NCBI RefSeq assembly: GCF_006345805.1
Contig: NW_021824844.1
Location: forward strand, 2,098-66,097
Source: Octopus sinensis
Lineage: Eukaryota
Direction of reading: 5' to 3'
Length of the DNA stretch: 64,000 bases
The position numbers and the translations under genes were made by a program. Shown in pieces: positions 1-12,080 of the stretch (position 1 is its first letter; each line of letters starts with the position of its first letter). Under the pieces are notes generated by a model. The model had not been told where the DNA came from, searched no databases, and was given only the letters and a program-made list of their open reading frames with translations.

Positions 1-6
1 TTATAT

Positions 7-45
<39 letters not shown>

Positions 46-135
46 AATTTATGTATATATATATATATTTATGTATATATAGATATATATATATGAATAT
101 ATGTATGTATACATATATGTATGTATATATATTCA

Positions 136-168
<33 letters not shown>

Positions 169-1169
169 TTATGTATGTATGTATATATATTTATGTATGT
201 AGGTATATATATTGATGTGTATGTATATATATATTTATGGGTATGTATAAACATATGTATATTTATGTATGTGTATATATATGTGTGTATATATGTGTAT
301 GTATGTGTACATATATATGACTGCATAAAAGACAGGATGGTCATGGGTGGAGTAATGTCCTTTGATCACAGGGCTGCTGGATCAGGAAATAATTACTTTG
401 GGCTAAACACCATCATCATCATCATCATCATCGTTATATATACATGCACACACTCAGACAAACAGAACACGTGTGATAAGCCTCCAACCCATGAACGACA
501 ATGACGGAGACCACCACCACCAACACCACCATAGTCACAGTAGTAACACTTAACGGCACCAAACTCCAACAAACTGTGAGGGTGCGAAGAACAATGTGTA
601 AATTTGCAGAACCATTTAACCCATGGTAAACATGGAATTGTTGTAACAATCATAACAACAAAAATAAGAACGATGGGGATTAAAAAAAAATACTTTCTTT
701 GTTCAACCCCTAAAACAATTATTAATATTGGTTTCAAATTTTGGCACAAGGCCAGCAGTTTTTTTTTGTAGGGGGAGGGCTAAGTCAATTAAATTGTCCC
801 AGTGCTTGACTGGTACTTATTTTAGGGACCCTGAGAGGATGAAAGGGAAAAATGGAAGAGTTGTCACCAAGCATTTTGCCTGCTGTGCTAAGGGTTCCGC
901 CAGCTCACAGCCTTAACAATAAATAATATTCCAGTAATTTTGGATTCATATTTTGCCACAAGGCCAGCAGTTTCGAAGAAGGGACTAAGTCAATTACATC
1001 GACCCCCATCCTCCACTCCAGTGCTTGAATGGTACTTATATCATCAACCCTAAAAGGATGAAAGGCAAAGTCAACCTCAGAACGTAAAGACACAAAATGC
1101 AATTTGCCCCGCATGCTAACAACTCTGCCAGCTCTCCATCTTCTAAAATAGCAAAATAACATTAAAAAG

Positions 1170-1400
1170 AAACTTCATACGAGTGTGGCCATCTGGCTTC
1201 CCAACCCTGGTTCTGGGATCAAGTGTCTTCTACTACAGCCCTTGTCTAACCGAAGCCTGGTGAATGGATTTCTCTGTTATTGTCTAGAGGACTGTGATGA
1301 ACAAGAGGGGGCTGAGTGCCGATCCTTGGGGAACTCCTACTTGTACACTGAATTCTTCATTGTATGCATTGCCCACCAAATAAGGGATCGGGGAGCCTAC
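1170..1400 (-). mobile_element. Short RTE LINE RT fragment
   Basis: YNEEFSVQVGVPQGSALSPLLFITVL; same family as 30526-31384. Confidence 0.8.
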
Positions 1401-1977
1401 ATATAAATAAATATATATAAATATAAATATATATATATAATATATATACATACATATAAATATATAGTTATAATTATATACATATAAATACAATATATAT
1501 AATATTATATACATATAAATACATATATATAATATATATACATATAAATACATATATATATATAAATAAATATATATGCATATAATATATAGACATATAT
1601 ATATAATATATATACGTATATATAAAAATATATACATATAAATATATATACATATATATATAAATATATATACGTATATATAAAAATATATACATATAAA
1701 TATATATTACATATATAAATATATAGACATATATATATATAAATATATATACGTATATAAAAATATATACATATAAATATATATAAATATATATATATAT
1801 ATATACAAATATATATACATATATAAAAATATATGTACATATAAATATATATATAAATATATCTATATATATATGAGGCTATAGTAGAAGACACTTGCCC
1901 AAGGTGCCACGCAGTGGGACTGAACCCGGAACCATGTGGTTGGTAAGCAAGCTACTTACCACACAGCCACTCCTGTG

Positions 1978-2016
<39 letters not shown>

Positions 2017-2344
2017 GCAGAAGTAGTGGGGGGGCAAAGGAAGGCCCCTTCACAGCCCGCTTTAACGACCACAGGTCCTCCTTTAACATGCCAGGCAGAT
2101 GCAACCCAACAAGCCCCGCCGAGCACGTTTGTTCTTTGAGTACAGCATAGAGTGGAAGATCCTGGTAAAATGCTAGCAGTACTCCAGCATGGGCACGCTT
2201 CGATGATTAAAACAAACGATTAAAAAAAAGGATTTCCGTTGTTGTTGTTGTTGTGAAATTTATTTTTGTGTATGTTTAAGACAACCCTTAATCCTGCTTC
2301 TCCCACCAGGAAACATCAGATGTTAAAACATTAGGGCTCCCAGC

Positions 2345-2997
2345 TCACTCACAGTGGTGGTGGTAGTGGTGGTGGTGAGAGCGGGGATAGTTTTAGTGGT
2401 GGTTATGTCATAGTGCTGGTGCTGGTGGGGTGGAGTGTCAAGGGTCATTGTAGCAGTAGTGGTGGAGGTATTGGTGGAGATGGTTAAAGTGGTGATAATG
2501 GTGGTGGTAGTGGTAGTTGTTGTGGTGGTGGTAGTGGTGGTTGTTGTGGTAGTGGTAGTTGTGGTGGTGATGGTTATACTGGTGATTATGGTAGTTGTTG
2601 TGGTGGTGATAATGGTGGTGGTGGTAGTGGTGGTTGTTGTGGAGGTGGTATTGGTGGTGATGGTCATAGTGGCAGTTGTAGTGGTGGTATTGGTGGTGGT
2701 GTTGGCGGTGGTTGTTGTTGTGGTGGTGGTGGTGATATAGTGGGGCGGTGATGGTAGTGGAGGACGGTGGTGGTGGTGGTGGTGGTGGTGGTGGTGATGG
2801 CAGTGGTACCTGTGGTTGTTGTAGAGGTGTTAGTAAATGGTTGCTGAGTGGTGATGTTGGTTTGTAGCCGTGGCGGTTGAAGTGGTTATGATAGTGCTGG
2901 TGGTGGTAGTGGTGGTCAGTTTTGGTCGCTATTGTCGCTTGACAAGCTGTTGCATCAGCAGTAGTAACAGAGGTGGTAGTCGTGATTGCAGCAGTTA

Positions 2998-3028
<31 letters not shown>

Positions 3029-3220
3029 TGTAGTTTCAGCAGCAGTAGTTGTTGTAGTGGTCACAGCATGAGGTGTAGCAGCAACTGTAGTAGTTGTGTG
3101 GTAGTGGTGGTGATCGCAACAGCAGTTCTTGTGGTTGTAGTAACTGTAACAGTAGCAGCAGTGGTGGTTGTAGTAGTGGTTGTAGTAATGGTGGTAGTGG
3201 TGGTGGGTGGTGGTGGCGTG
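2345..3220. repeat. (GTG/GTA)n low-complexity tract
   Basis: Visible trinucleotide periodicity. Confidence 0.9.
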
Positions 3221-4127
3221 AACTCAGTGTGAAGGCTCACAACAAAACCATAACGCCTGTTTTTGTCTGTCTAGCGCTCAAACAATTCTGCCCACCCAAC
3301 CATCTTCCTCAACTGGGGGGACGGGGTGGGAGGTTGTGGTGTTGGTGGTGGTGGAGTGGAGGGGGAATTCTTTTATTTTATCAAACTCCAGAAAAAAATG
3401 TAAAAAAAAAAAAGAAAGGAAGAGCTGAGTATGAAAAGTTTGATGCTGCCTATTTGACACTACTGAACAAATGCTGACTTATTTGACATCAGACATTTTC
3501 ATATGATTCTCCCCCTCCACCACACCCTCTCTCTCTCTCTCTGTCTTTTTTTGTTGCGTCCCACTTTCAAGTAGTGTCCAGCTAAATAGCAGGTGAAGTA
3601 TCACAACTGAAAAGACAAAAGGTGTAAATATACTTTATACATTGCAAATTAATGACATCCTTGTGCCTGATGAGATCTCACCAAATTTTCTATATTATGT
3701 CAAGCAACAGGGCAGAGTCTACCTCTACAAAGTTGCTTGACCTGCTAGCAGCAGCAGCACACTACTTATTTCTTATTTTATTTCAACAACCATTACTAAC
3801 TTTAACAAGTATAATATATTTACTACTATAGGTAAAATTTAGTATGTCAATTATGTTATCCGGCTGACCCCTAAAGCTTAACATTCCCTTCAATATCACC
3901 AGCATCACCTTGCAGGGAGGCGGAGTGGTACCACCCATGTTGAGAACCTCTGATCTAAAACCTCAGCCAATCTGATGCCATGCCCCGCCACAAGACACGA
4001 CTGAAAAGTTGCTGTCTCCCATAACCTTTTCTCCTTGTCCACCACCAACACCACTACCGCCACCACCACTCCTCACAGTACACACCCCTCTCTTTCTCTC
4101 TGTCCCACTGTGTCCAGTGGCATCCAT

Positions 4128-4179
4128 CTAGCTGTCTTCACTAAGAGTTCCGCCAATAACTGAATCTGCGGACGTCTTC
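4128..4179 (-). CDS. CAMKK: Probable CaMKK distal terminal coding exon, (R)KTSADSVIGGTLSEDS*
   Basis: Long pyrimidine tract ttcttttctttctttcttttctttttatag|G. Phase 2 matches the exon 14 donor. TAG at 4130-4128, followed by unique UTR-like sequence with AATAAA (minus) at 3777-3782 and 3372-3377. Confidence 0.7.
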
Positions 4180-4899
4180 CTATAAAAAGAAAAGAAAGAA
4201 AGAAAAGAAGAATGAATTAACCCATTAATTAACACTCAGATTACTCTGTCAAACGTAATCCTTATTTTTTTTCTCTCTCTACTTTCAGCTCATGGAGGCA
4301 CATGGCCTAGTGGTTAGAGCAGCAGACTCGCGGTCGAGGGATCGCGGGTTCGAATTTCAGACCGGGCAATGTGTGTGTTTATGAGCGAAACACCTAAGCT
4401 CCACGCAGCTCCGACAGAAGGTAATGGCGAAACTTCTGCTGACTCTTTTGCCACAACTTTCTCTCACTCTTTCCTCCTGCATCTTGCAGCTCACCTGTGA
4501 TAGACCAGCGTCCTGTCCAGGAGGGGAAACTATATGCCAAGAAACTGGCCCTTGTGAGCCTGGCATGGCTCAAGAAGGAACATTTAGTGGAGGCACATGG
4601 CCTAGTGGTTAGAGCAGCAGACTCGTGGTCGAGGGATCGCGGGTTCGAATCTCAGACCGGGCAATGTGTGTGTTTATGAGCGAAACACCTAAGCTCCATG
4701 CGGCTCCGGCAGAAGATAATGGCGAACCTCTGCTGACTCTTTCGCCACAACTTTCTCTCCCTCTTTCTGGGAACCCGGCCCTTATGAGCCAGGAATGGCT
4801 CAAGAAGGAACAAACAACAACAAGGCAATTTTATTAGGGTAATAAAGTGATTTAAAAAAAGGTACATAAATGATAATTTATTTTAATAGCATACTTATC

Positions 4900-5440
4900 A
4901 TCGTCATCATCATTTAGCATCTGCTTTCCATGTTAGCATGGGTTGGACGGTTTGACCGGGGTCTGGGAAGCCAGAAGGCTGCACCAGGCCCAGTCTGATC
5001 TGGCAATGTTTCAATGGCTGGATGCCCTTCCTAATGCCAACCACTCCGTGAGTGTAGTGGGTGCTTTTTACATGCCACCGGCACAGGTGTCAGACGAGGC
5101 TGGCGAACGGCCACGATCAGATGGTGCTTTTTACGTGCCACCGGCACAGAGGCCAGACGGGGCTGGCAATGGCCACGATCGGATGGTGCTTTTTATGTGC
5201 CACTGGCATGGAGGCCAGACGGGGCTGGCAATGCCCACGATGGGATGGTGCTTTTTATGTGCCACCGGCACAGAGGCCAGACGGGGCTGGCAAACGGCCA
5301 CAATTGGATGGTGATTTTTACATGCCACCAGCACGGAGGCAGTCGAGGCGGCGCTGGCAATGGCCACGTTCGGATGGTTCTCTTATGTGCCACCGGCACT
5401 GGTATCACAGCTACGATTTCCATTGATGTTGGTCGACTTC
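4900..5440 (-). mobile_element. SINE family D copy with six internal repeats of about 62 bp and a (GAT)n tail
   Basis: Central TTAGGAAGGGCATCCAGC motif (resembles the MetaSINE central domain, from memory). Other copies at about 19220-19770(-), 26530-26815, 27660-27940(-), 43720-44060, 48970-49265, 51600-51860, 60160-60510, 60780-61060. Confidence 0.8.
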
Positions 5441-5504
5441 GATTTTGATCTTGTTTTTCACTTGCCTCAAGAGGTCTCTGGTAGTAAATATGTTTTTTCT
5501 TACA

Positions 5505-5528
5505 CACACAGACACAAATACACACACA

Positions 5529-5565
<37 letters not shown>

Positions 5566-6245
5566 ACATACACACAGACACACACACACACACAGACACA
5601 CACACACAGACACACATACACACAGACACACATACACACAGACACACACACATACACACAGACACACACACAGACACACAGACACACACACACAGACACA
5701 TACACACAGACACACATACACAGACACACATACACACAGACCGTCACATACAACACAGACACACAGACCACACATACACACACACACACATACACACACA
5801 GACACACAGACCACATCTCCCACAGACACACATACACACAGACACACACAGACACACTACACACAGACACACAGAGACACACATACACACATACACACAT
5901 ACACACAGATACACATACACACAGACACACATACACACACACACACAAGACACACACACACAGACACACAACCCAGACACACACAACACACAGACACCAC
6001 ACACATACACAGACACACACACATACACCAGACACAGACACACACACACACACACACACACAACACACCATACACACAGACACCACACACACAGACACAC
6101 ACACACAGACACACATCACACACACACAGACACACAGACCACCACACACATATACACACACACACAGACACACACACAGACACACACACACAGACACACA
6201 TACACACATACACACTGACACACACACACACAGACACACACACAT
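5505..6245. repeat. (CA)n/(CAGA) microsatellite
   Basis: Visible. Confidence 0.95.
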
Positions 6246-6902
6246 GCAGAATTGCTCGATGTTGGATAGGGAATAAAAAATTTAAAGTTCAAATTTTTTT
6301 GGATGCTGCTTACATACCAGAGATGGACCATGGCACCATCATTCCAGAAAATGTGTTTTATAGAAAGAAAAATATTGGAAAACAGCAATACACGTCAGGG
6401 GTCAGGGGGACAAAGAAACGAGCAAAGTAACAGGTGGTCGTGGGGTGTACTAGAAACAACAGCTAAGTCTCCCTTAAATCACGTCTTTCCACCTGAAAAT
6501 TGTTTCAAAATTATGAACAGAAATAAATTGCTGATTTGAACTGTCCTGGAGAAAAAGCTGAAATATTAGGGTTTATAAAGGGACGGAGTGAATGAAAAGA
6601 TTTAAAAAGATTTCACTATTGCTTTTAAATTACATTTCATTTTCTATTTGAAAATAAAAGAAGTGGGGTTTGCGATGTTGATTGTCATTTTCAAAACTTT
6701 TTGTTTTTTGGAAAAATTTCAAGGTTTCTCCCATCGTTTTTAAGTGCATGTAGTGCAGGAGAAAATTTTTTTTAAATTGGCCAAAATTGGTATTAAGTGG
6801 GAAGGGAGAGGTTGAAAAAAATTCATAAATTTTCAAAAAATTTTTAGTTTTACTGAATTGGCACTTCCCATTGTTTATAAGTGTGTGTGTGTGTGTGTGT
6901 GT

Positions 6903-7246
6903 GTGAGACCCCCTTCGGTCAGACACTGACCATGGGCTTGCACCTAGAAAGTTACCCTCTGAGGCACAAGTCTGGGCAAGGTTGTTTTTTTATGGAAGGC
7001 CAGCAGTCACCCATTCATAACGGCCTCCCCTCTCCAAACCACTGATGTTATCCATGGGAAAAGCAAAGGGGCCGATACAGCTTGGCACCAGTGACGTCGC
7101 AACTCATTTCTACAGCTGAGTGAACTGGAGCAACGTGAAATAAAACGTCTTGCTCAAGAACACAACACGCAGCCCGGTCCAGGATTCGAGCTCACAACCT
7201 CACGATCGTAAGCTCGACGCTCTAACCACTGAGCCATGCGCCTTCA
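6903..7246 (-). mobile_element. SINE family E (tRNA head plus CORE-like domain)
   Basis: TGGCTCAGTGGTTAGAGCG...CTCGAATCC head, TTCTTGAGCAAGAC...CAGCTG core; second copy at 24737-25035(-). Confidence 0.8.
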
Positions 7247-7583
7247 ACTTATAAGTGTACAATGCAAAAAAAAAAAGAAAAAAATTGGACAAAATCGGTC
7301 CATAATGGGGGATTCATAAATTTTCAAAAGTTTTTCTTTTGTGAAAATCTCCTACCCCCCACATCATTTGCAAGGGTGTAGTGGAAAGATAAATTTGAAA
7401 AAAATCCACATCAAAATTGAGAAAATCCAACTTAAGTGAGTGTGATATTCCAAAAGTCTGTCAAAGCATTCTATTGTGAAAATTACCCAGCAAGGCAGGA
7501 TACTCAGCTAGCATATGTACATACATACATACATACATATATATATGTGTGTGTGTTTGTGTATGTATATATATATAGGTATA

Positions 7584-7658
7584 CAGGGTGATTCAAAGTC
7601 ACCATACATAGCAAAAAAATAAATTTTTCCTAGGTATGGTGACTTTTGAATCACCCTG
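7584..7658. mobile_element. 75-bp Tc1/mariner-type MITE remnant
   Basis: TIRs CAGGGTGATTCAAAGTCACCATAC / GTATGGTGACTTTTGAATCACCCTG flanked by TA. Confidence 0.8.
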
Positions 7659-7735
7659 TATACCTATATATGTATATATATATATATTATATATATATGT
7701 ATTTTATATAAAATATATATATCCATTATACACAT

Positions 7736-7766
<31 letters not shown>

Positions 7767-8120
7767 CACACATATATATACATACACACATTAGTTAAGT
7801 TACATATTTCTACCAAGGCACAACTACAAGCTACATGGAAAGCTATAGAAAACTATAATATATATATATATATATTATATATATATATATACACATACAG
7901 GAGAGGAAAAATTATAAAAAGGCAGAATGCTAAATTGAAGGTAAATTTTAATAAAAATGGCTGTATGGAAAATTTAAAAAATAATCACTCAAACCGGGGT
8001 TTTCATCGCAATGCAAATTTTCAAGATTTGAAAGGGGAAAAGAAATTTTTTTTAAATTGAGGAAAGGGGAAAAAAGAAATTTACAGTGTTTTTATCAAAA
8101 AAATGATAATGATAAACATA

Positions 8121-8907
8121 TTTTTTAATTTTTTTTTTATTTATCTAGTTTCAGCTCACAAGCTGTGGCCATGCTGGGGCACCGCCATTTAGTGTTGCTA
8201 CATGATTTTACTTCATGAATGCTTTTTAGTAATTGCCATTTGGTGCATGAGAGAGTTCGATGCAGCTGCCCTCATCTGCACCTCCTGTCGTGAAGTTGGT
8301 TCATCTGGGACTCCTGACAGGAAGAGATCCAGTTTCATTTTAAAGACATCTGCATCCACCCCATGCAGGTCTCTCAGGTTCTTTGGGAGGATATTGAAGA
8401 GCTGTGGGCCTCGGAAGCCCAGGCTATCACAGTATCTTGTCCTACATCTTGATGGCAAATCTGGAGTCCTTGGCACCACACAGTGGCGCCCAGTTCTGGC
8501 ATTTGTGTAACTCTCGATGCCAAAGTTTGGGACAAGTCCTTCCAGGATCTTCCAGATGTATATTATGGCATATCTTTCTCGCCTACGCTCTAAGGAATAG
8601 AGTCTCAATCTCTTGAGTCTTTCCCAGTAGCTTATATGCTGCACAGAGGCTATCTTCTTCGTGTAGCTTCGTTGGATCGCCTCAAGTTCTGTGGTTAACT
8701 TGACACTGGATGGTGACCATAGCTGAGAGCAATAGTCAAAGTGGCTTAGGACAAGTGTCCTCCAGAGGACCATCATGGTTTCCTGGTCTCTTGTTCTGAA
8801 GGTTCTAAGATTCCATTCGGTCAGCCGCCTGCATTTCATTGCCAATTTAGCAACATGCACATGAAAGGTTGCATCATCACTCATGTAAATACCCAGGTCT
8901 CGCACTG
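8121..8907 (-). mobile_element. 5'-truncated CR1-group LINE (RT C-terminus, 3'UTR, A-rich tail)
   Basis: ORF 8213..8905: RDLGIYM...LVLSHFDYCSQLWSP...YWERLKRLRLYSLERRRERY, typical of the CR1-group RT thumb region. Confidence 0.88.
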
Positions 8908-9003
8908 ATATACAAAAATTAAAAAATAAGTATACTTATTTTAAAATTTTTTGTATATGTTTATTATTATTATTATTATTTTTTGTATATGTTTATTATT
9001 ATC

Positions 9004-9550
9004 AGCATAATTAAATCTCAGAATGAGATTGAAACAGTAATCGCTCGATAATGTAAAGTATAGAAGCCATCTTATCATGGCTAACCACATTGGGGAGGGG
9101 GTGTTACTGTAGCTTTATAGCCCCAAGAGATTGTCGTCTCTAGCTGGCTTTAGACACAATATCAGTGCCTTTGGAGTATTTGCAAAGGGAGGCCATCCCT
9201 TCCTCGCAAGCCTGAGTGATACGCTCGAACTAGTTTCGGGATTGTTGTCCCTTGTCAACGGGCGGTAACCACCAGGTCGCGATGAAAGTGAAGGCTGCTT
9301 TGCAAACAGATATAAGTTTTTCTAATGGCATCTGCCACTGATGTCGAAAAACGAACAGTAAGCATTATTAAATCTCAGAATGAGATTGAAACAGTAATCG
9401 CTCGATAATGTAAAGTATAGAAGCCATCTTATCATGGCTAACCACATTGGGGAGGGGGTGTTACTGTAGCTTTATAGCCCCAAGAGATCGTCGCTACAGT
9501 AACACCCCCTCCGCAATGTGGTTAGCCATAAGATGGCTTCTATACTTTAC
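9004..9550 (-). mobile_element. Non-autonomous Penelope-like / retrozyme-like element
   Basis: Direct repeats 9004-9136 and 9361-9493 (357-nt period), inverted copy of 9410-9469 at 9494-9550, internal hammerhead motif, 12-bp target-site duplication TTTATTATTATC (8992-9003, 9551-9562). Confidence 0.75.
9222..9264 (-). ncRNA. Type I hammerhead-ribozyme-like motif, U3-A8 core variant
   Basis: CGCCCG-TTGACAA-GGGA caacaa TCCC-GAAA-CTAGT-T-CGAGCG: stem I 5/6 pairs, stem II 4 bp, palindromic stem III ACTAGT. Confidence 0.72.
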
Positions 9551-9815
9551 TTTATTATTATCATTTTTTTAAAAAAAACACTGTAAATTTCTTTTTTCCC
9601 CCTTCCTCAATTTAAAAAGAAAAATTTCTTTTCCCCTTTCAAATCTTGAAAATTTGCTTTGCGATGAAAGCCGGTTAGAGTTAATATTTTTTTAATTTAA
9701 AAAATTTTCCATACACCCATTTTTATTAAAATTTACCTTCAATTTAGCATTCTACCTTTTTATAATTTTTCCTCTCCTATCATTTCTCCACGTGCAGTCA
9801 TCACAACCCCACCCA

Positions 9816-9821
9816 TTTATT
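9816..9821 (-). promoter_or_regulatory. Candidate proximal polyadenylation signal for a read-through CaMKK isoform
   Basis: AATAAA on the minus strand about 160 nt after the TGA at 9980-9982. Confidence 0.45.
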
Positions 9822-10187
9822 GATTTATATACATACATATATATACATATGCTTTAAGAAATAAGCTGTAAATTCTACACCACCAGACGTGCAGCAAACA
9901 CAGAAAGTCTATTTGTCTATACATCTATCTATCAATCTATCTATCTGTCTATCTATCTATATCTACTGCGGCGAGCTGATCATGTAGCAAGGACCATGGG
10001 GGCAGCAACACAACTCCCCTGGCCCATGTGGCACACATGTATTGCAATAAGACATACACACACACACATATAGCGCATGCCATGTAGCACACAACACAGA
10101 CGGCGCCACATGGTGCAGCTGCCGCATTTCGTCGGGCAGAGCACACCGTGGGGGTGAGGATGCTCTTTTCTAACGCTTTCTACAAAC

Positions 10188-10333
10188 CTGCGGAAGAGAC
10201 TGAGGAATGATTCCGGCGCCGAGTGGGAACGGCCGTTAATTTTTAGGTCTCCGCGATAATGGCGGTGGTGGTGGTGGTGGTACCTGTACGGGTTTCGGAA
10301 GGACTTTTGCCTTAGAATGCTTTTGACCAAAAT
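10188..10333 (-). CDS. CAMKK: CaMKK exon 14, ILVKSILRQKSFRNPYRYHHHHHRHYRGDLKINGRSHSAPESFLSLFR (CaM-binding region, RSxSAP motif)
   Basis: gtctttcag|ATT; candidate donor CGCAG|gtttgt at 10187. The frame also stays open to TGA at 9982-9980. Confidence 0.9.
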
Positions 10334-10469
10334 CTGAAAGACAAAGACATGGAGGAGAAAAAGAACAACGAGGTGGTGAGGGTTGGAGAAGGGGGGGGGG
10401 AGGAGAGAGAGAGAGAGCAAGGGGGGGGGAGAAGTGGGAGATGAAAGGGGAATAGGTGAAGGGGTGGGA

Positions 10470-10830
10470 AGATGGAGAGTGAAGGAGAAAGGTGTAGAGG
10501 CTGGGGACAAGGGGTAAGAGGCAGAGTGAAGGGAAAAGGTGTAGAGGCTGGGCACAGGGGGTAAGAGGGTGGGAAGAGGGAAAAAGGGAGAATGAAAGGA
10601 AAAGGTGTAGAGGCTGGGGACAGGGGGTAAGAAGGGTGGGAAGAGGGAGAGTGAAGGAGAAAAGTGTAGGGGCTGGGGACAGGGGGTAAGAGGGTGGGGA
10701 GAGGGAAAGAGGGAGAATGAAAGGAAAAGGTGTAGAGGCTGGGGACAGGGGGTAAGAGGGTGGGAAGAGGGAGAGTGAAGGAGAAATGTGGAGGGGCTGG
10801 GGACAGGGGGTAAGAGGGTGGGGAGAAGAG
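10470..10830. repeat. G-rich minisatellite, six units of 47-66 bp
   Basis: Repeated GGTGTAGAGGCTGGGGACAGGGGGTAAGAGGGTGGGAAGAGGG. Confidence 0.88.
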
Positions 10831-11163
10831 TGGTGGTGGTGGAGAAGAGGGCATGGAGAGTGAGGGAGACAGGGAGGGGATATATATAGGGGAGAGTGGG
10901 GACAGACACGGGGAGAGACGGTGGGGGATGGAGAGGAAGGATTGGGAGGGAAGAAAGGGGAGAGGAAGTGGGGAGAGAGAAAGAGAGGAGAAGGAGGAAA
11001 ATAAAAAAAACAAATATATAAAAATAAAATGAATATTTGGAAGGGAAAATAATGTGAAGGCTGGGAATTTGCTTGTTATTTCTAGCAGTGAGAGTGACAA
11101 TGTACAATTACCCTCATTAGCTCAAGCAGTGTTGCTGCTGCTGATGGTGTTGATGTTGCTGCT

Positions 11164-11169
<6 letters not shown>

Positions 11170-11194
<25 letters not shown>

Positions 11195-11407
11195 ATGGTG
11201 ATGATGGTGGTGGTGATGATGGTGATGATGGTGATGATGATGGTGATGATGATGGTGATGATGATGGTGATGATGATGGTGATGATGGTGATGATGATGG
11301 TGATGATGATGGTGATGATGGTGATGATGATGATGGTGATGATGATGATGGTGATGATGATGGTGATGATGGTGATGATGATGATGGTGATGATGATGAT
11401 GGTGATG

Positions 11408-11439
<32 letters not shown>

Positions 11440-12080
11440 GGTGATGATGATGATGGTGATGATGATGGTGTTGATGATGATGATGATGGTGATGATGGTG
11501 ATGATGATGGTGATGATGATGATGATGATGATGATGGTGATGATGGTGATGATGATGGTGATGATGGTGATGATGATGATGATGGTGTTGATGATGATGA
11601 TGATGGTGATGATGGTGATGATGATGGTGATGATGATGGTGATGATGATGATGGTGTTGATGATGATGATGATGATGGTGATGATGATGGTGATGATGAT
11701 GGTGATGATGGTGATGATGATGATGGTGATGATGATGATGGTGGTGGTGGTGGTGGTGGTGGTGATGATGGTGATGATGGTGATGATGATGGTGATGATG
11801 ATGGTGATGATGGTGATGATGATGATGATGATGGTGATGATGAAGGTGATGGTGATGATGATGATGGTGATGATGATGGTGATGATGATGGTGATGATGA
11901 TAGTGATGATGGTGATGATGGTGATGATGATGGTGATGATGATGGTGATGATGATGAAGGTGATGGTGATGATGATGATGGTGATGATGATGGTGATGAT
12001 GGTGATGATGATGGTGATGATGATGGTGATGATGGTGATGATGGTGATGATGGTGATGATGATGGTGATGATGGTGGTGG
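11170..12080. repeat. About 900 bp (ATG/GTG)n trinucleotide microsatellite
   Basis: Near-uninterrupted GATGATGGT; source of the poly-H, poly-M/V and poly-I/T ORFs. Confidence 0.97.

Larger units (their letters stand above)
7899..9778. mobile_element. AT-rich foldback/MITE element interrupted by a CR1 fragment and a Penelope-like element
   Basis: 7899-8115 is the reverse complement of about 9555-9778 (AGGAGAGGAAAAATTATAAAAAGG...); centre of symmetry AAGTA|TACTT at 8928-8937. Confidence 0.8.

Noticed and set aside
3666-3690. CTGATGAG hammerhead core in the 3'UTR
   Set aside because: No GAAA follows the GAG/CTC stem, and no stem I or III is present.
9012-9045. AATCTCA/TGAGATT stem followed by GAAAC in the direct repeats
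   Set aside because: The upstream bases do not form an N-U-G-A-N-N-A core, so it was not called a ribozyme.
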